DNA of 64,000 nt from the human T2T-CHM13v2.0 reference genome, Homo sapiens. Under the pieces are notes generated by a model. The model worked only from the letters and a program-made list of their open reading frames with translations. It made no database searches and was not told the origin of the DNA. The position numbers were made by a program, and so were the translations under genes. Where the stretch lies: assembly GCF_009914755.1 (NCBI RefSeq), contig NC_060928.1. The stretch is one strand, 5' to 3'. Position 1 is the stretch's first letter. Each line of letters begins with the position of its first letter. Shown piece after piece: positions 51,743 to 64,000 of the stretch.

Positions 51743-52225
51743 ATGATTATATCAATAGACACAGAAAAAGCATTTGACAAACTCCAACATGCATTAATGA
51801 TAAAAATTCTCAGTAAACTAGGAATAGAGAGGAACTTTCTCAACTTGATAAAGAATGTCTACAAAAATCTTATAATTAACATTGTACTTCATGGTGAGAA
51901 ATTCAAAACTTTCCCACTAAGATCAGGAACAAGGCAAGAACGTCCTCTCTCACCACTGCTTTTCGACATCATACCGGAAGTCCTGGCTAATGCAGTAAGA
52001 CAAGAAGAGGAAATAAAACATATACAGAGTGGGAAGGAAGCAATAAAACTGTCTTTGTTCACAGTTGACATCATTGTTCATGTAAAAAAAATCCAAAAGA
52101 ATTTACAAAAAATACTCCTAGAACTAATAAGTAATTATAGCAAGATTGTGGGATACAAGGTTCTTATACAAAATTCAGTCACTTTCCTACACGGCAGCAG
52201 TGAACAAGTGGAATTCAAAATTTAA
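51743..52225 (+). pseudogene. L1 ORF2 reverse-transcriptase fragment
   Basis: MIISIDTEKAFDK, SGTRQERPLSPLLF, LSLFTVDII (FADD motif mutated), GYKVLIQNS. Confidence 0.88.
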
Positions 52226-55200
52226 AACATGATAAACACAATACCATTCACATTAGCACCCCCTCAAAATGAAATGCTTAAATATACATTTAACAAGATA
52301 TGTATAAGATCTATAAAAAGAAAACTACAAAACTCTCATCAAAAAAATCAAAGAAAAACTAAATAAATTAAGATATATTCCACATTCAGGGATAAAAAGA
52401 CTTAATATTATCAAGATGCCCATTCTTCCTCACTTGATCTATAGACTCAATGCAATCCCAATCAAAATTCCAGCAAGCTATTTTATGAGTATCAACAAAC
52501 TAATTCTAAAGTTTATATGAAGAGGCAGAAAACTCAGAATAGCCAACACAATATTGAAGAACAAAGTTAGAAGATCAACACTACTTGACTTCAAGACTTA
52601 CCATAAAGAAAACTATAGTGTGGTATTGGCAAAAGACAAGACAAATAGATCAACATAACAAAATAAAGGGCCATGAAATAGACCCATATAGTCAATTGAT
52701 TTTTGACAAAGAAGGATTGGCAATAGAATGGGGTAAAGATAGTCTTCTCAACAAACGGTACCAGAATGACTGAATACCCACATGCAAAAAGAAAAAGAAA
52801 TGAACCTAGACACAGATCTTATACAGTTCACAAAAATGTAACTCAAAATGAATCATAGACCTAAATATAATATTCAAGACTATAAAACCCTAAAATATAA
52901 CATAGGGGAAAATCTAAACAATCTTGAGTTTGTTAATGACTTTTTAGATACAATACCAAAGGCAGGATCCAGGAAAGAATCGATAAGCTGGGCTTCATTA
53001 AAATTAAAATATTTCTGCTCTATGAAGCCACTGTCAAGAGAAGGAAAAGGCAAGCCATAGACTGGGAGAAAATATTTACAAAAGACATACATGATAAAGG
53101 ACTATTATCCAAAATGTACAAAGAACTCTAAAAAACTTAACAATAAGAAAACAAACCCAACTAAAAACTGGGCCAAAGATCTTAACAGATATATTACCAA
53201 AGAAGATACACAGATGGCAAATAAGCATAAAAAGATTAACCACATCATACGTCATTAAGAAATTGCAAATTAAAACAACAATGAGACACCATTATACACC
53301 TAGTAGAATGACCCAAATCCAGATTACTGACATAATCAAATGCTGACAAGGATGTGGAGAAACAGGAACTGCCATTCTTGGGTTGTGGGAATGCCAAATG
53401 GTATGCCTGCTTTGGAAGACAGCTTGGTGGTTTCTTACAACACTAAGCATACTCTTACCAAAAGATCGAGCAGTTGTTCTCTTTGGTATTTATTTACCCA
53501 AGGGAGTTGAAAACTTATATCCATACGAAAACCTACTTATAAACATTTAGAGCAGCATTACTCATAATTGCCAAAAACTGGGAAAAAAAAAAAAACAACA
53601 AGATATCCTTCAGTAACTGATTGGATAAATACATTGTAGAACTCCTAGGCAACGAAATGTTATTCAGCACTAAAGAGATATGAGCTATCAAGCCATGAAC
53701 AGACATGGAAGAAACTTAAATGTGCATTACTAAGTGAAAGAAGCCCAACTGAAAAAAAAAGTACATATTATATGACTCCAACCATGTGGCATTCTGAAAA
53801 AGGCAAAACTATGGAGAGGAAAAAAAATCAGTGGCTTCCAGGGATTCGGGGAGAGAGAAAGATGAGCAGGTGAAGTGCAGGGGAGCTTAAGGTGGTGACA
53901 CTATGCTGTATGACAGTAAAATGGAGATACCTGTCCTTGTACCTTCATGTAAACCCATAGAACCCACAACACCCATAGCGAACTCTCCTGCGAACTCTGC
54001 ACTTTGAGTGCTAATGGTGTGCCTGTGGAGACTCACCAGTTGTGAGGAGTGTCCCACCCTGGTAGGGATGTTGGTACAGAGGAGGGCTATGCATGTGTCA
54101 GAACAGGGGGGAAATGGGAAATCCCTGAACATATCTTCTGCTCAATTGTACTGTGAACCTAAAACTGTTCTTAAAAATAAAGCCTACGAATTTAAAATTA
54201 CAGTCATTAGGAAAGTATGTGAGTGGGTCATGAAGAGACAGAAAGACAAAGGGAGCCAACCAGGAAACACGGAAACAACATGTAGGAGTGTGGGAATTCC
54301 ACTTTCGATGGAAACAGCAACACAAATCGGCACCAAGAGGACAGATCAGCCCTTCGTGGCGCTGGGACAGTGGGTTTTCCACAAGGAAAAAGAGAAAGTT
54401 AAATCCCTACCTCCCTGTACAGAAAAATCAATTCCAGATGGATTAAAGACATAAATGTGAAAAGAACTACAAAACTTTTAGGAAAAAATATAGAATAATA
54501 TTTTTATGACCCCAGAGTAGGAAGGAATTTCTAAACACAATGCCAAAAAATGCACACTGTGAAGGGAAATATTGGTCCCGAGACTTCATGAAGATCTATG
54601 CCATCTCTTTAGGCCTCGGCTTGCAGTGGCCACACTGTGACTAATGCCATGTTCTATTGACCAAAGCAAGTCATGGGTCTCTGAGGCACAGGGCTGGGCA
54701 CCAACACCACCCTGAAGACTTATCTGGCTAAACTGCAGCTACAGAGAAGGGTGGAGGACTTGGGCCACTTTTGCCACCAATCTTCCATGCCCCAGCCTGG
54801 TAATCAGGGAAGACCATAGAGAGGAGCCCTATTTGAGCAAGGTGATGGAGAAAGTACAGAAGTCTGGGGGGAAATTAGGAAAAAAGAATAACTCAGTGAG
54901 GTGTGACCCAAGGAGGGGAGTCTGGGCGTCCCCACTGAAGCAGAAAGAGATTCATCACAACTCCTTCCAAAGTGACTGATGTTGAAAACCATTTAAAATG
55001 CATGTGTGTGGTCCAGGAGGGCCAGTAAGTGTCTGCCTGTCTCCCTCCCACTCTGGTCCCCGAGAACCTGGCACGTGGGGCACAGGGAGGAGTTTGAGAA
55101 GGGGACAGAGAGCCGGTGCCAGCTGGCACCCAGGCTGGCCAGAAGAACACCAGTGGGCATGGGAGGGAAACCCAAGCTTGGTAGCCATGGTCAAGAGGAG

Positions 55201-58189
55201 CCCGCAGGGAGCCACCTGTCTCCTTTGACCAGTTGGTCTGCAGAGATGAGCTTCCTAGAATTAAACACAAGTGGGGATTTATCTCCGGAGCTTTGAGGAT
55301 GGAGCATTCATTAATCATTCCCTGCAGTGGCTCTGCTGGGCACCGGCGCACATCTGGCCCAGATTCAGATCTGACTTTCCTGCAGAGCACTCCCTGGACT
55401 CAGGGGAGATGTGGGAGGTATGCAGGGGTGTCAGGGGCACTCTGGGGTGCAAAGTCTTTGGTCCCAAATGTCCAAAGGTCTTTTTGGAGTCAGCCAAGGA
55501 GCTGATATGCTGCAGAGGGCCAGGCTGGCCCCAGAGCAGCAGGCATTCTCATCTTCAAAGACTCTGCCAGGGTCTTGGAGGTTAATCTGGGGGGACTGCA
55601 GTGTTTTTGATGATGACGTTTTCTTGTCCCTGCAGCTTCCACACCAAATCTGTCTGAACCCCCAGACCAGGGACTAGGAAGTCAGCCTCGATGCCCGCCG
55701 AGGTTCCCCTACCCCCATCCAACGTCCCACCAGGCACCAAGCCCTCCAGAACTACCTTTCCCGTCTGTCCGCTCCCCCAGGTCTACTGCCACTGCCTGGC
55801 AGGACTAACACCCCAGCCTACCTGGATCCTCAAGGACCTCTTGGTGGTCACCTTTCCCAGACTCACCCCCCGGTTCTCCCTCTCCCGCTGACGGAGAGCT
55901 TACCAACAGGGCATGATCAGCTCCTTCCCTGCAAACAAAATCCCACAGGTTCACCATTGCCCCTGGACAAAGTTTTCTTCTGAACCAGAAAGTCAAGGCC
56001 CTTGTAGACTCCTGACCACATCCTCTGCCACAGGGGGGCCTGAGGCTGAGCCCCCGAGGTCCCTGAGGGCCACACCAGCTACTCCTTCCTGTTCCTCTGT
56101 TTTCACTGCCCCCAGGGCCCTGTGCATCTAGCAATTTTCGCTTTAAACTTTATGAATCTCTGAAGTGACACCACCTCCAGGAAGCCTTCCTAGAGGCACC
56201 AAGCACAGTTGACATCCTGCCTTTGTGCTGTAACTGGCAACAAGACAACCTCTGATTGAGGATGAACAGCTCCCCTGAGCCATGTGCTCTCTGACAGCAG
56301 GACGGTGTCCAATCCGTTTCCATGGCCCCAGGTGGGGATGGACTAAAGGCTTATTCTAAGAGGACCCAGCGAAAGCTGGTGAAACAGAGATCAACCCAGA
56401 GCCTGGTTTAGCTCTGACAACCTCCACACAGGCCCAGTGGCCTTGGCCACTGAACAGAGAAGGCCAGGCATGGTGACTGCTCTCTCTGGAGCCCACAGAG
56501 ATTTGCAGCTCAGGAAGCCGCTCCGGCCTCTGGCCTGACAGATCTGGACCGAGGCTGCTGAGGGCTGGATGGAGCTCAGCTCCCAGGGTGTAGAGGGTGG
56601 ACAAACTGGCAGGGCCTTGGTGTCCCCTGGGCAAATTTCCTCACATCACAGGAGAGGAGGCACCAAGCTACACCGCAGGGGCATCCCTTGCTGGGCCCAG
56701 AACTTTCCTCTGCCTCCAGAGTAAATTCAGAGTCACCTGGGAAAGGGACCCCACCTGCCACCTTAAAATCACCCCCTTTTCCTGTCTCTGCCTGCCCCTC
56801 CCCATGAGCTTGAGCCCCTGAGAACTGAGGCTTAGGGTAGAACAGCGACCACCCCCATCACAAGCCTGATGGGCTCACCGGAGCGGGGGCTGGGGGCCGG
56901 GAGGATGAGGATCTGGGGCAAGAGAAAGGGTGCAGGAAGGGAAAACGGGGAAGCAAAGACCCACGGGCCTGGGTTGGAGGGAGGCTGTCACAGAGAAGGA
57001 GGGACTCCCCCCAGCTCTGCCCAACCCTCCCGCACCCAGGCCTGCATCCAGTGGGAGTGGCCTTTTTAGAGGTCCTTTCCTCCTCCTGTCACCCCTGCAT
57101 GGCAGGTGGGGACACACCACCCACCCATCTGGCAGGCCAGGCACAGGCCAGGTGAGGCTTACACACCCCAGGGTCCCAGAGCAGAACAGGAGACCCCATC
57201 TACCCTGTCTCTGCCCCTCAGTTTCAGCGTCTGTGGAATGGAACTCCGGCTGCCCGTCTTGCAGAGAGTTTGAAGGATGATGCCGCCGCACTGCCTTGGG
57301 TGTTTGGAGGCCAGGACTCTCCCACACAGTAACCCTGACCATGACGCCACGAATGCCCTGCCCCTGGCCCCCTGCTAATTGAATTTTTCCAGAGGCCTTG
57401 TAGTGTTCTTTGAGCACTGCCCACTAAGCCACAGGTGAGGAGCTGTGATGTTTCAGCCACACATTCCTGGCACCCCCTAGCCGGGGCATGAGCATGCTCC
57501 TTACGGCTCAGTCTTGTCTGGGGCTCCATTAAACCAAGCTTACAATTAAGGAAATGTGATAGGAAAATTAGCTGATGTGTGAAACCGGAGCCTCGGTACA
57601 GTTACAAAAGACAGTGTCTTCCAAGCCCTGATTAGCCACTCAGCCTGACGTGAGGTTAAGTAAAGAACGCCAGATTAATCCAGATGGACAATTATGACGC
57701 GTTCTTCTCCGGCGTCGAGCCTGTTGCTAAATTTCTCATGTGGCTCCCTGCCAGGAAGGTATTGTGTTCTGAGACTTTTCTACCATTTCTGCTTAAAAAG
57801 TTCCAAATGTTCAGCCATATGATGTGAAACTTAACTTCAAGAAAATCCTAGGGGGGGTGTTGATGGTGGGGAAGATGTGGGGGTCTGATCCGCTGACCCC
57901 ACGCCAGGGGAGGATACAGTTTCAAGCCTTTCTTCTGGCCCCACTCCTCTCGCCTAGCCCTAAGGAGCCCTAAGTGAGCCGGGTCCTCCAGGAAGACGGG
58001 AGCGCCCCTGGTGAAGGCAGAATCCACCAAGGCCTCTGTCCTGCAAACCTCTTCCCAGTGTATGGGTTTTCAAGGGCCGTGCAACAAAGTCTGGAAGCCC
58101 GGGGACCTGGGTTCCAAGCCCCGCCTCTGTCAGCCTCGGTGTCCTGGGTTTCCACAGCTCAAATTAAATTCCATCAATAATCCTGCAGG

Positions 58190-58350
58190 TTACTCTTCTA
58201 GAAGCACAGTTACCTCATTTAAACCTCACAAAAACCCCAGGTGGGAAAGCTCTTACCTCCACCTTACAGATGGGTACACTGAGGCCCAGAGGGCTTAATG
58301 ACTTGATGAGACAAGCGAGTGGTGGAGGCCAAATTCCAGCCCATGTGATG
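58190..58350 (-). mobile_element. MIR fragment
   Basis: cctcatttaaacctcacaaaaacccc...ttacagatgggtacactgaggcccagaggggcttaatgactt. Confidence 0.75.
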
Positions 58351-58666
58351 TGAATCTCACGGTTTGATTGACCAGGTGTCTGCAAGTGTCAGCTTGGTGT
58401 GAGGGGCTGCCCCAGACCCCTCTAGCTGGGACGGGTGACTTTCTGTAATGAGCGTGTTGGCTCCTTCATCTGAGTTCTATACAGGGGAGGAGAGAAGGGG
58501 AATGGCCTCAATGCCTTGGTCCTTGAGGCTCTGCCTCTCGTAGCCCCTCTAGGATGGTGCAGTCACCTCTGCACCTCAAGTCCCAGGCCCAGCACCAGGC
58601 ATGGAGAAGCTCAAGGCACAGCCGTCAAGCTGTCTAAAATTAATCACATGGGGCCATGGCAAGTGA

Positions 58667-59009
<343 letters not shown>

Positions 59010-60129
59010 GCATTGTTGGGTTTTAAAACCCAAGCAGGGCCCAGCAGTAGGATATCCACTCTGTAGATGATACAGGAATTAGATAAAGACCCAGGAAACT
59101 CAGATCGTGAGGCCTCATCAACTACTGCATGCCTAACTTACCAATCGTATCGATAGGGATCAATTACTGTGCCTAACACAAAGCCCAGCCCAGAGGAGGC
59201 AAGTGAATGAATGAATGAATGAATGAAGCCCTCCGGAGCCCACAGCCAGGAGTCTGCAGGGGCTGAGGCTGCCTTGTTCACCTTGGGGTCCGCCGTGGCT
59301 GGGTGAACAGCCTGGAGCAGGTGCAGAGTGGCTCTGATTTCCTTTGCAATCTGTCCCTGTGGTTTCCTTTTGTGCACTGCACAGGAGGCAGCCTTTGTAA
59401 TATCAACCAGGCAATAGACGGGGTGACGGGACATGACCATACCATGAGGCCCCCCAGCAGGGACTCCCAGCCCAAGGGTCCCGAGCTCCCAGGACAAGCC
59501 AGAGAAGCAGAAGCAGCCCCGGGCAGCGTGTGGTCTTCACTATGTCTCCTGAAGCATCCCATCCCCAGGCACAGTTGCCAACCTACCTCCCCAGGAAAGG
59601 GGCACGTCACCTCACCACAGAGGAACACCAGAGCCTCAGGGAGCTTTCAGGATGACATAAAGGAGGAAGTAGGACTTGAACTCCCAGCCCCGGGCCCAGA
59701 AGCTCAGATGGGCCGAGGTGTGCAGGTGGCCCCTGGCTGGGCATGAATGCAGTTCCTTTTCCTCAGAGACTCCTCCCATAGGCTTCTGCCCAGGGCACTT
59801 CCCAAAGCATGAGCTGCCGGCTAGACACTCACAGGCCCCCCAAGCTTTTCCCCACCCCCATCAGGGCAGTCTCCCCTCTGCTTTTCATACCAGTCTGAGG
59901 CCCCGGGGACTCTGTGGACTAGCGGCTCCTTTTCCATCAAGGCTCCAGGCCACCACTCAGCAGATCATTCAGGCTGCAGCCAGGCTCTCCCCTTCAACGT
60001 CGCTCTCACTAATTCAGACCAGGCCCGAGCTGCTGAACTCTACCTAGGGTGCCTCAAGGAGCCACAGATGCAATGCATCAAATGAGGAGCACGTTTCCAG
60101 CGCTCAGCCCCTCATAGACACGTGGAATT

Positions 60130-60340
60130 CTAGACTCTCTGGGGTGGGAAAGATCTTAAAAGGCATCCTATCCAGCCACCCCCATCCACCACCACTGCTG
60201 CCATCCAGGGCCAGGAGCTCCCCACATGACCAGGAAAAGTGAACACAACATCCAGCCTCTTACACACCTCCAGGGACGGAGAGCTCACTACTTCACTGAA
60301 TGGCCTGCTCTTTCTACCATCGGCTACATCCTTCCTGAAA
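60130..60340. mobile_element. L3/CR1-like fragment
   Basis: atccagcctcttacacacctccagggacggagagctcactacttc. Confidence 0.5.
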
Positions 60341-60689
60341 TGCATGTGAAACAGGTGCTTCCCCTTGGAGTCCCCAGCGCTGACCTCAGGACTGTGCAGG
60401 GCACTTGAGCCCCTCTTCCCAGAGACAGTGTTCTCAGGGTCTGATCCCCTCTCTTTCAGGTGTCACAGCCCAGTCTCTGCCGTGACCTCACACTGTGTCC
60501 TGGGACCACCTCAGGCACTATCTAATTACCCTTAATTTCTGAGCAACTTCAAGGTACCCAGAAGAGTCGGTGAACTGCCCCTCAGTGGGGACAATAGCCC
60601 CATGCACTTCTGAACCTGACCCAACTGCATCCACAGCTGTGGTGCGGCTCTTCGTACTGGCCCTTCTGGGACTAGATGCCACACCCTTG

Positions 60690-60845
60690 GGGGGCTCACT
60701 GAAGCCTCATAATGAACCTAATAGGCAAGCGCTGTTATTCCCATCATACAGGTGAGGAAAGGCTCAGAAAAGTCAAGTGATTCACCCAAGGCCACACAGC
60801 CGTCTGTGATAGACCCAGGTCTGCCAACTCCTCTGAACCAAAGCC
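60690..60845 (-). mobile_element. MIR fragment
   Basis: tattcccatcatacaggtgaggaaaggctcagaaaagtcaagtgattcacccaaggccacacagc. Confidence 0.75.
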
Positions 60846-60859
60846 TGAATGGGCTGCTG

Positions 60860-61281
60860 CTGCCATGCTCAGGAGACAGGCCATCCCCAGTGCAGCAGCT
60901 GCTGTGACCCCAACTGCCCACAGGCTGGAGCTGCACCCTTCAGCCTGGGGCCTGTGTGGCCTGGGTAGGCCCTTCTCTGCCGTGTGCAGGGCAGGCAGCC
61001 AGATGTGCCCAGGGAATGAATGGCCCATCCACCCGGAAGCAGGTGGGAGCCGGATAAACACCCCAGCTCCCACACCACTGGGGGTAACTCTCGGGCCCCT
61101 GTTCTACACGGCATCCAACATCTTCCCAACAGGATGAAGCTCCAGGTGCTCGCTGTGGAAGCCCCTCTGACTCTAAGCCACTCACTACTTCCTTTCCCCA
61201 TTCCCCACCTGTGTTTCCTGGGATCATCTGCCAAATAAGTCCTCGTCTCCGTGTCTTCTTCTGGGGACCCAAACTAAGACA
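60860..61281 (+). mobile_element. ERVL LTR16-like LTR
   Basis: ggataaacaccccagctccc...tttcctgggatcatctgccaaataa...cttctggggacccaaactaagaca. Confidence 0.7.
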
Positions 61282-61288
61282 CCAAACA

Positions 61289-61470
61289 CCTGAGATGTGA
61301 ATACTAAGGGTCCCCTAGATCGTCCCGGACTTCCTATTCTAAAAGCCTGAGATCTGAATAATCTTCAGGGGTCCCCTAGATCACCCCGGACTTCCTATTC
61401 TAACTGCCTGAGATGCGAATACTCAGGGGTCCCCTGAAGATCACCCCAGACTTCCTATTCTAAACGCCTG
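61289..61470. repeat. ~57-60-bp tandem repeat, 3 copies
   Basis: cctgagatgtgaatactaagggtcccctagatcgtcccggacttcctattctaa x3 with variants. Confidence 0.9.
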
Positions 61471-63359
61471 TGGGGTGTTTTTGTTTGCTCGTTTCTGTTT
61501 GCGTTTGGACTTTGATACTCAGAAAACACTTTGGGGTCTTACTCGACTTCTGGAAATGCAAATAAATGTACCAAAACCAGTTTGGGATTGGATGTGACAA
61601 CATGGCTAATGGGAAGGCTGCGTTGGAGGCAGCGAATTCCAGGGCGCTCCTCAAGGTGACATTAAAGTAATAATGAGGTAACAGCCGCGGCACAGTCCGG
61701 CCTGGACATTCGTGTCTGTGACTCATCTTGTCCTGCAAAAATCAAGTCCAGGATGTGCCTGGTTCTGGGTTTGAGCTCTTCCACTCCCTGGGACTAGACC
61801 CAGAATGGGGCAGTGCCCTGCTTCTAGAAGCTCTAGGACCCAGCGCTGGGAAACGGGCGGTGGGATTGTGAGCACTGCAGGGTGGGAAGGGGGTCTAGTC
61901 CAAGGCCACGCAGCCTCCCCAAGCCTCTGTTTCCCTGTAGGGTTCCCGGAGGGCTATGACGCAAAGCCCCCGCAGCACTTGGCACCTGGTGTGTGCTCGG
62001 CAGACAGTGGTGACCGTCAGGAGCTGGGCAGAGAAGCAGACCAGGACCTGGAGCCAGACGAGGAGGCCTTCAGAGATGAGCCGGAAAAGCCCAGGAAGCA
62101 GTCGTGGATTGCACAAATGAGGCTGGACTGGAAGATGCTGGAGCCCAAGTGAAGCTCTGGCTCTCGTCTGTTAGAATGTGGCCTCCGCTCCTGCTATGGG
62201 GTCATGCAGTGGAGGTCTGGGATGGATCAGGAAAAGCTGCTTCACACACATCTGCTCGGCCATTGCCCTCGTGCCACAGACAGAGCTAACGAGCCAGATG
62301 CCACAGCTCCTGATACCGACCATTCACCGACTCCGCGGCCAGAAGCACCTACTATGTGCCTACTACGCACCAGGCACCGTGCCCACACAGGCCCAGCCAG
62401 CGCCCTGCCCTGTCCTCTCAGCCGACACTTCCCCGGGCGCATCTGCCAGAAAGGATTAAGAAGTTGCCTTAGGAAGGCCTGGCTTTGTTTGGGAAATTTC
62501 CCCCAGCTGAGAAGGAGAGGCCAGACAAGGAAAGAATGACCAATTATACGCTGTGTTGTCTTCAGATGAAAGGGCCTTTTTGTGGCCCTCCTCCATCTCC
62601 TGTTTGGGCTGTCAACAGCAATTTGACGAGGAATGTTGCTCGGCCTGACCTGTTTTTTCAAGATGGTAACCTATATTGTGTATCATCTCAGCCCTGGAGA
62701 TCACCAGCCGGCACCCTCCTCAGCACAGTCCCCCCAGTTGAACTTCACCTTTAAAACCAGGAAAATTGATTGGAAAAAAATTCAGGGAAATCTCCCACTA
62801 ATGATATTTTGAGTTCAGGAACAAGGGGGGGAATTAAAGTGGCTTTAATCTGATTCTCAACATGGATTTCAGTGGTGAATGGTCAATTGTTACTAAATTC
62901 TAATTGGTTCTGGGTCACTCCCTTTGAAATAGTGGCTGTGTTCTGTTCATTTTTTCAATTAAATCTTAACAATTCACATCTGACAAAACTCAAAAATCTT
63001 GTCAAAAATTGTTCAGATTTGTATAGTAAGAATGTGCAAGAAGCAACATGGAGCTTGGACTGGGGGAAACTTTCATACGGAGGAACAGTTTAAGAGCTAA
63101 TTATGAGAATGCCGATTTTATTGTTTACTGACTCACTTCCTTAGACTACAGAGAACAAACCTTTTTCATCAACTTGCAAAAACTATTTTAGAGGAAATCG
63201 AAAGGACCACAAATGCCTTTGCCTAAGCAATGATTGTTCTCTGGATTGAGAAATTCAAACCCTTTTCACGTCTCATCTCTCATTGTGAGAAAGTTTTATT
63301 TTATTCTTCAAGTAAAACAGGAGACAGCTTGATGGAGAAAAAACAAGGGCTTTGCAGCT

Positions 63360-63525
63360 AGCCAACTCGAGTTCAAGGCTGGCCCCTGCCGCCGAAAAGC
63401 TGGGCAGTAACTTCCCTGCCGAGACACTGTCAGAGCCTCAGTTTTCTCACCTGTGAAATGGGGGTGATGTTTTCTAGATTTCTGGTCATGAATCAATGCT
63501 GTTTGATACCTGAGGCACTCCATAA
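63360..63525 (+). mobile_element. MIR fragment
   Basis: agagcctcagttttctcacctgtgaaatggggg. Confidence 0.68.
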
Positions 63526-63701
63526 ACAGAAGGTGGCACTCAGATTATAGAATTGCTACGGCTTGGTCCCAGGCTTTGTTTTATCTCTGAAGACACTCCA
63601 GAGCAGAGAGGGCCATGACTGTCCCAGCATCACACAGCCAATCAGTTCTGGAGCCAGAAAGAGAAGCCAATCCTTTTTCTCAAAGCTGCTTCCGGAAGGT
63701 T

Positions 63702-63758
63702 TCTGGGTGACATTTCAGAATCTGGGTGACATTTCAGAATCTGGGTGACATTTCAGAA
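63702..63758. repeat. 19-bp perfect tandem repeat x3
   Basis: tctgggtgacatttcagaa x3. Confidence 0.93.
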
Positions 63759-63787
63759 TGTGTGCATGGCTGTCTAGAGCTCACGCC

Positions 63788-63978
63788 TGGCTTCTCAGAG
63801 TGTGGTCGCTGGGCCAGCTGCCTGATATCACCTGGGAGCTTGTTAGAATGCAGTTTCAGGCCCTAGCACAGGTTCCGAATCGGCGTTATCACGGGCCCAG
63901 CAGGATCCCGGGCACTGGAGGGTTGGAGGCATGCTGACTTGTGGCATTTCATCAGGCTCTGAGGACCTGAACACTAGA
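63788..63978 (+). mobile_element. MER5A-like hAT DNA transposon
   Basis: cttctcagagtgtggtc...atcacctgggagcttgttagaatgcag...tcaggccc. Confidence 0.68.
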
Positions 63979-64000
63979 GCCGCTGCCATGTCCACGATGG

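Noticed and set aside
60441-60560. Acceptor-like ctgatcccctctctttcag with donor aag|gtaccc
   Set aside because: Donor is weak, and isolated acceptor-like sites (also near 8937, 34850, 38299) are expected by chance

Overview
Primate (very probably human) nuclear genomic DNA, not prokaryotic. It is a GC-rich, apparently non-coding interval with at least 10 Alu elements, several old L1 remnants (one ~4.1 kb L1MC-like copy retains EN/RT-like ORF2 fragments), MIR/L2/CR1 fragments, hAT DNA transposons (MER1B-, MER58-, MER63-, MER5-like), MaLR/ERV LTRs (MER49-, MLT1-, MLT2-, LTR16-like) and an unusually dense set of GC-rich minisatellites, as is typical of distal chromosome arms. No convincing protein-coding exon, RNA gene or CRISPR array is visible, and the long ORFs come from repeats or high GC. 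The most notable structures are: (1) a ~290-bp inverted duplication (~90% identity by hand alignment) around a ~430-bp spacer at 15.3-16.4 kb; (2) a ~220-bp direct duplication in which one copy carries ~25 units of a 31-bp VNTR and the other only ~1 seed unit; (3) tandem repeats that expanded inside an Alu linker, an L2 and an MLT2 LTR; (4) a MIR-derived candidate 53-nt exon; and (5) a series of AT-rich, homeobox-motif-rich islands that look like enhancers. Repeat subfamily names come from recalled consensus sequences and need RepeatMasker/Dfam confirmation. The locus cannot be named from the sequence alone, and I see no evidence for a new biological system beyond these structural observations.
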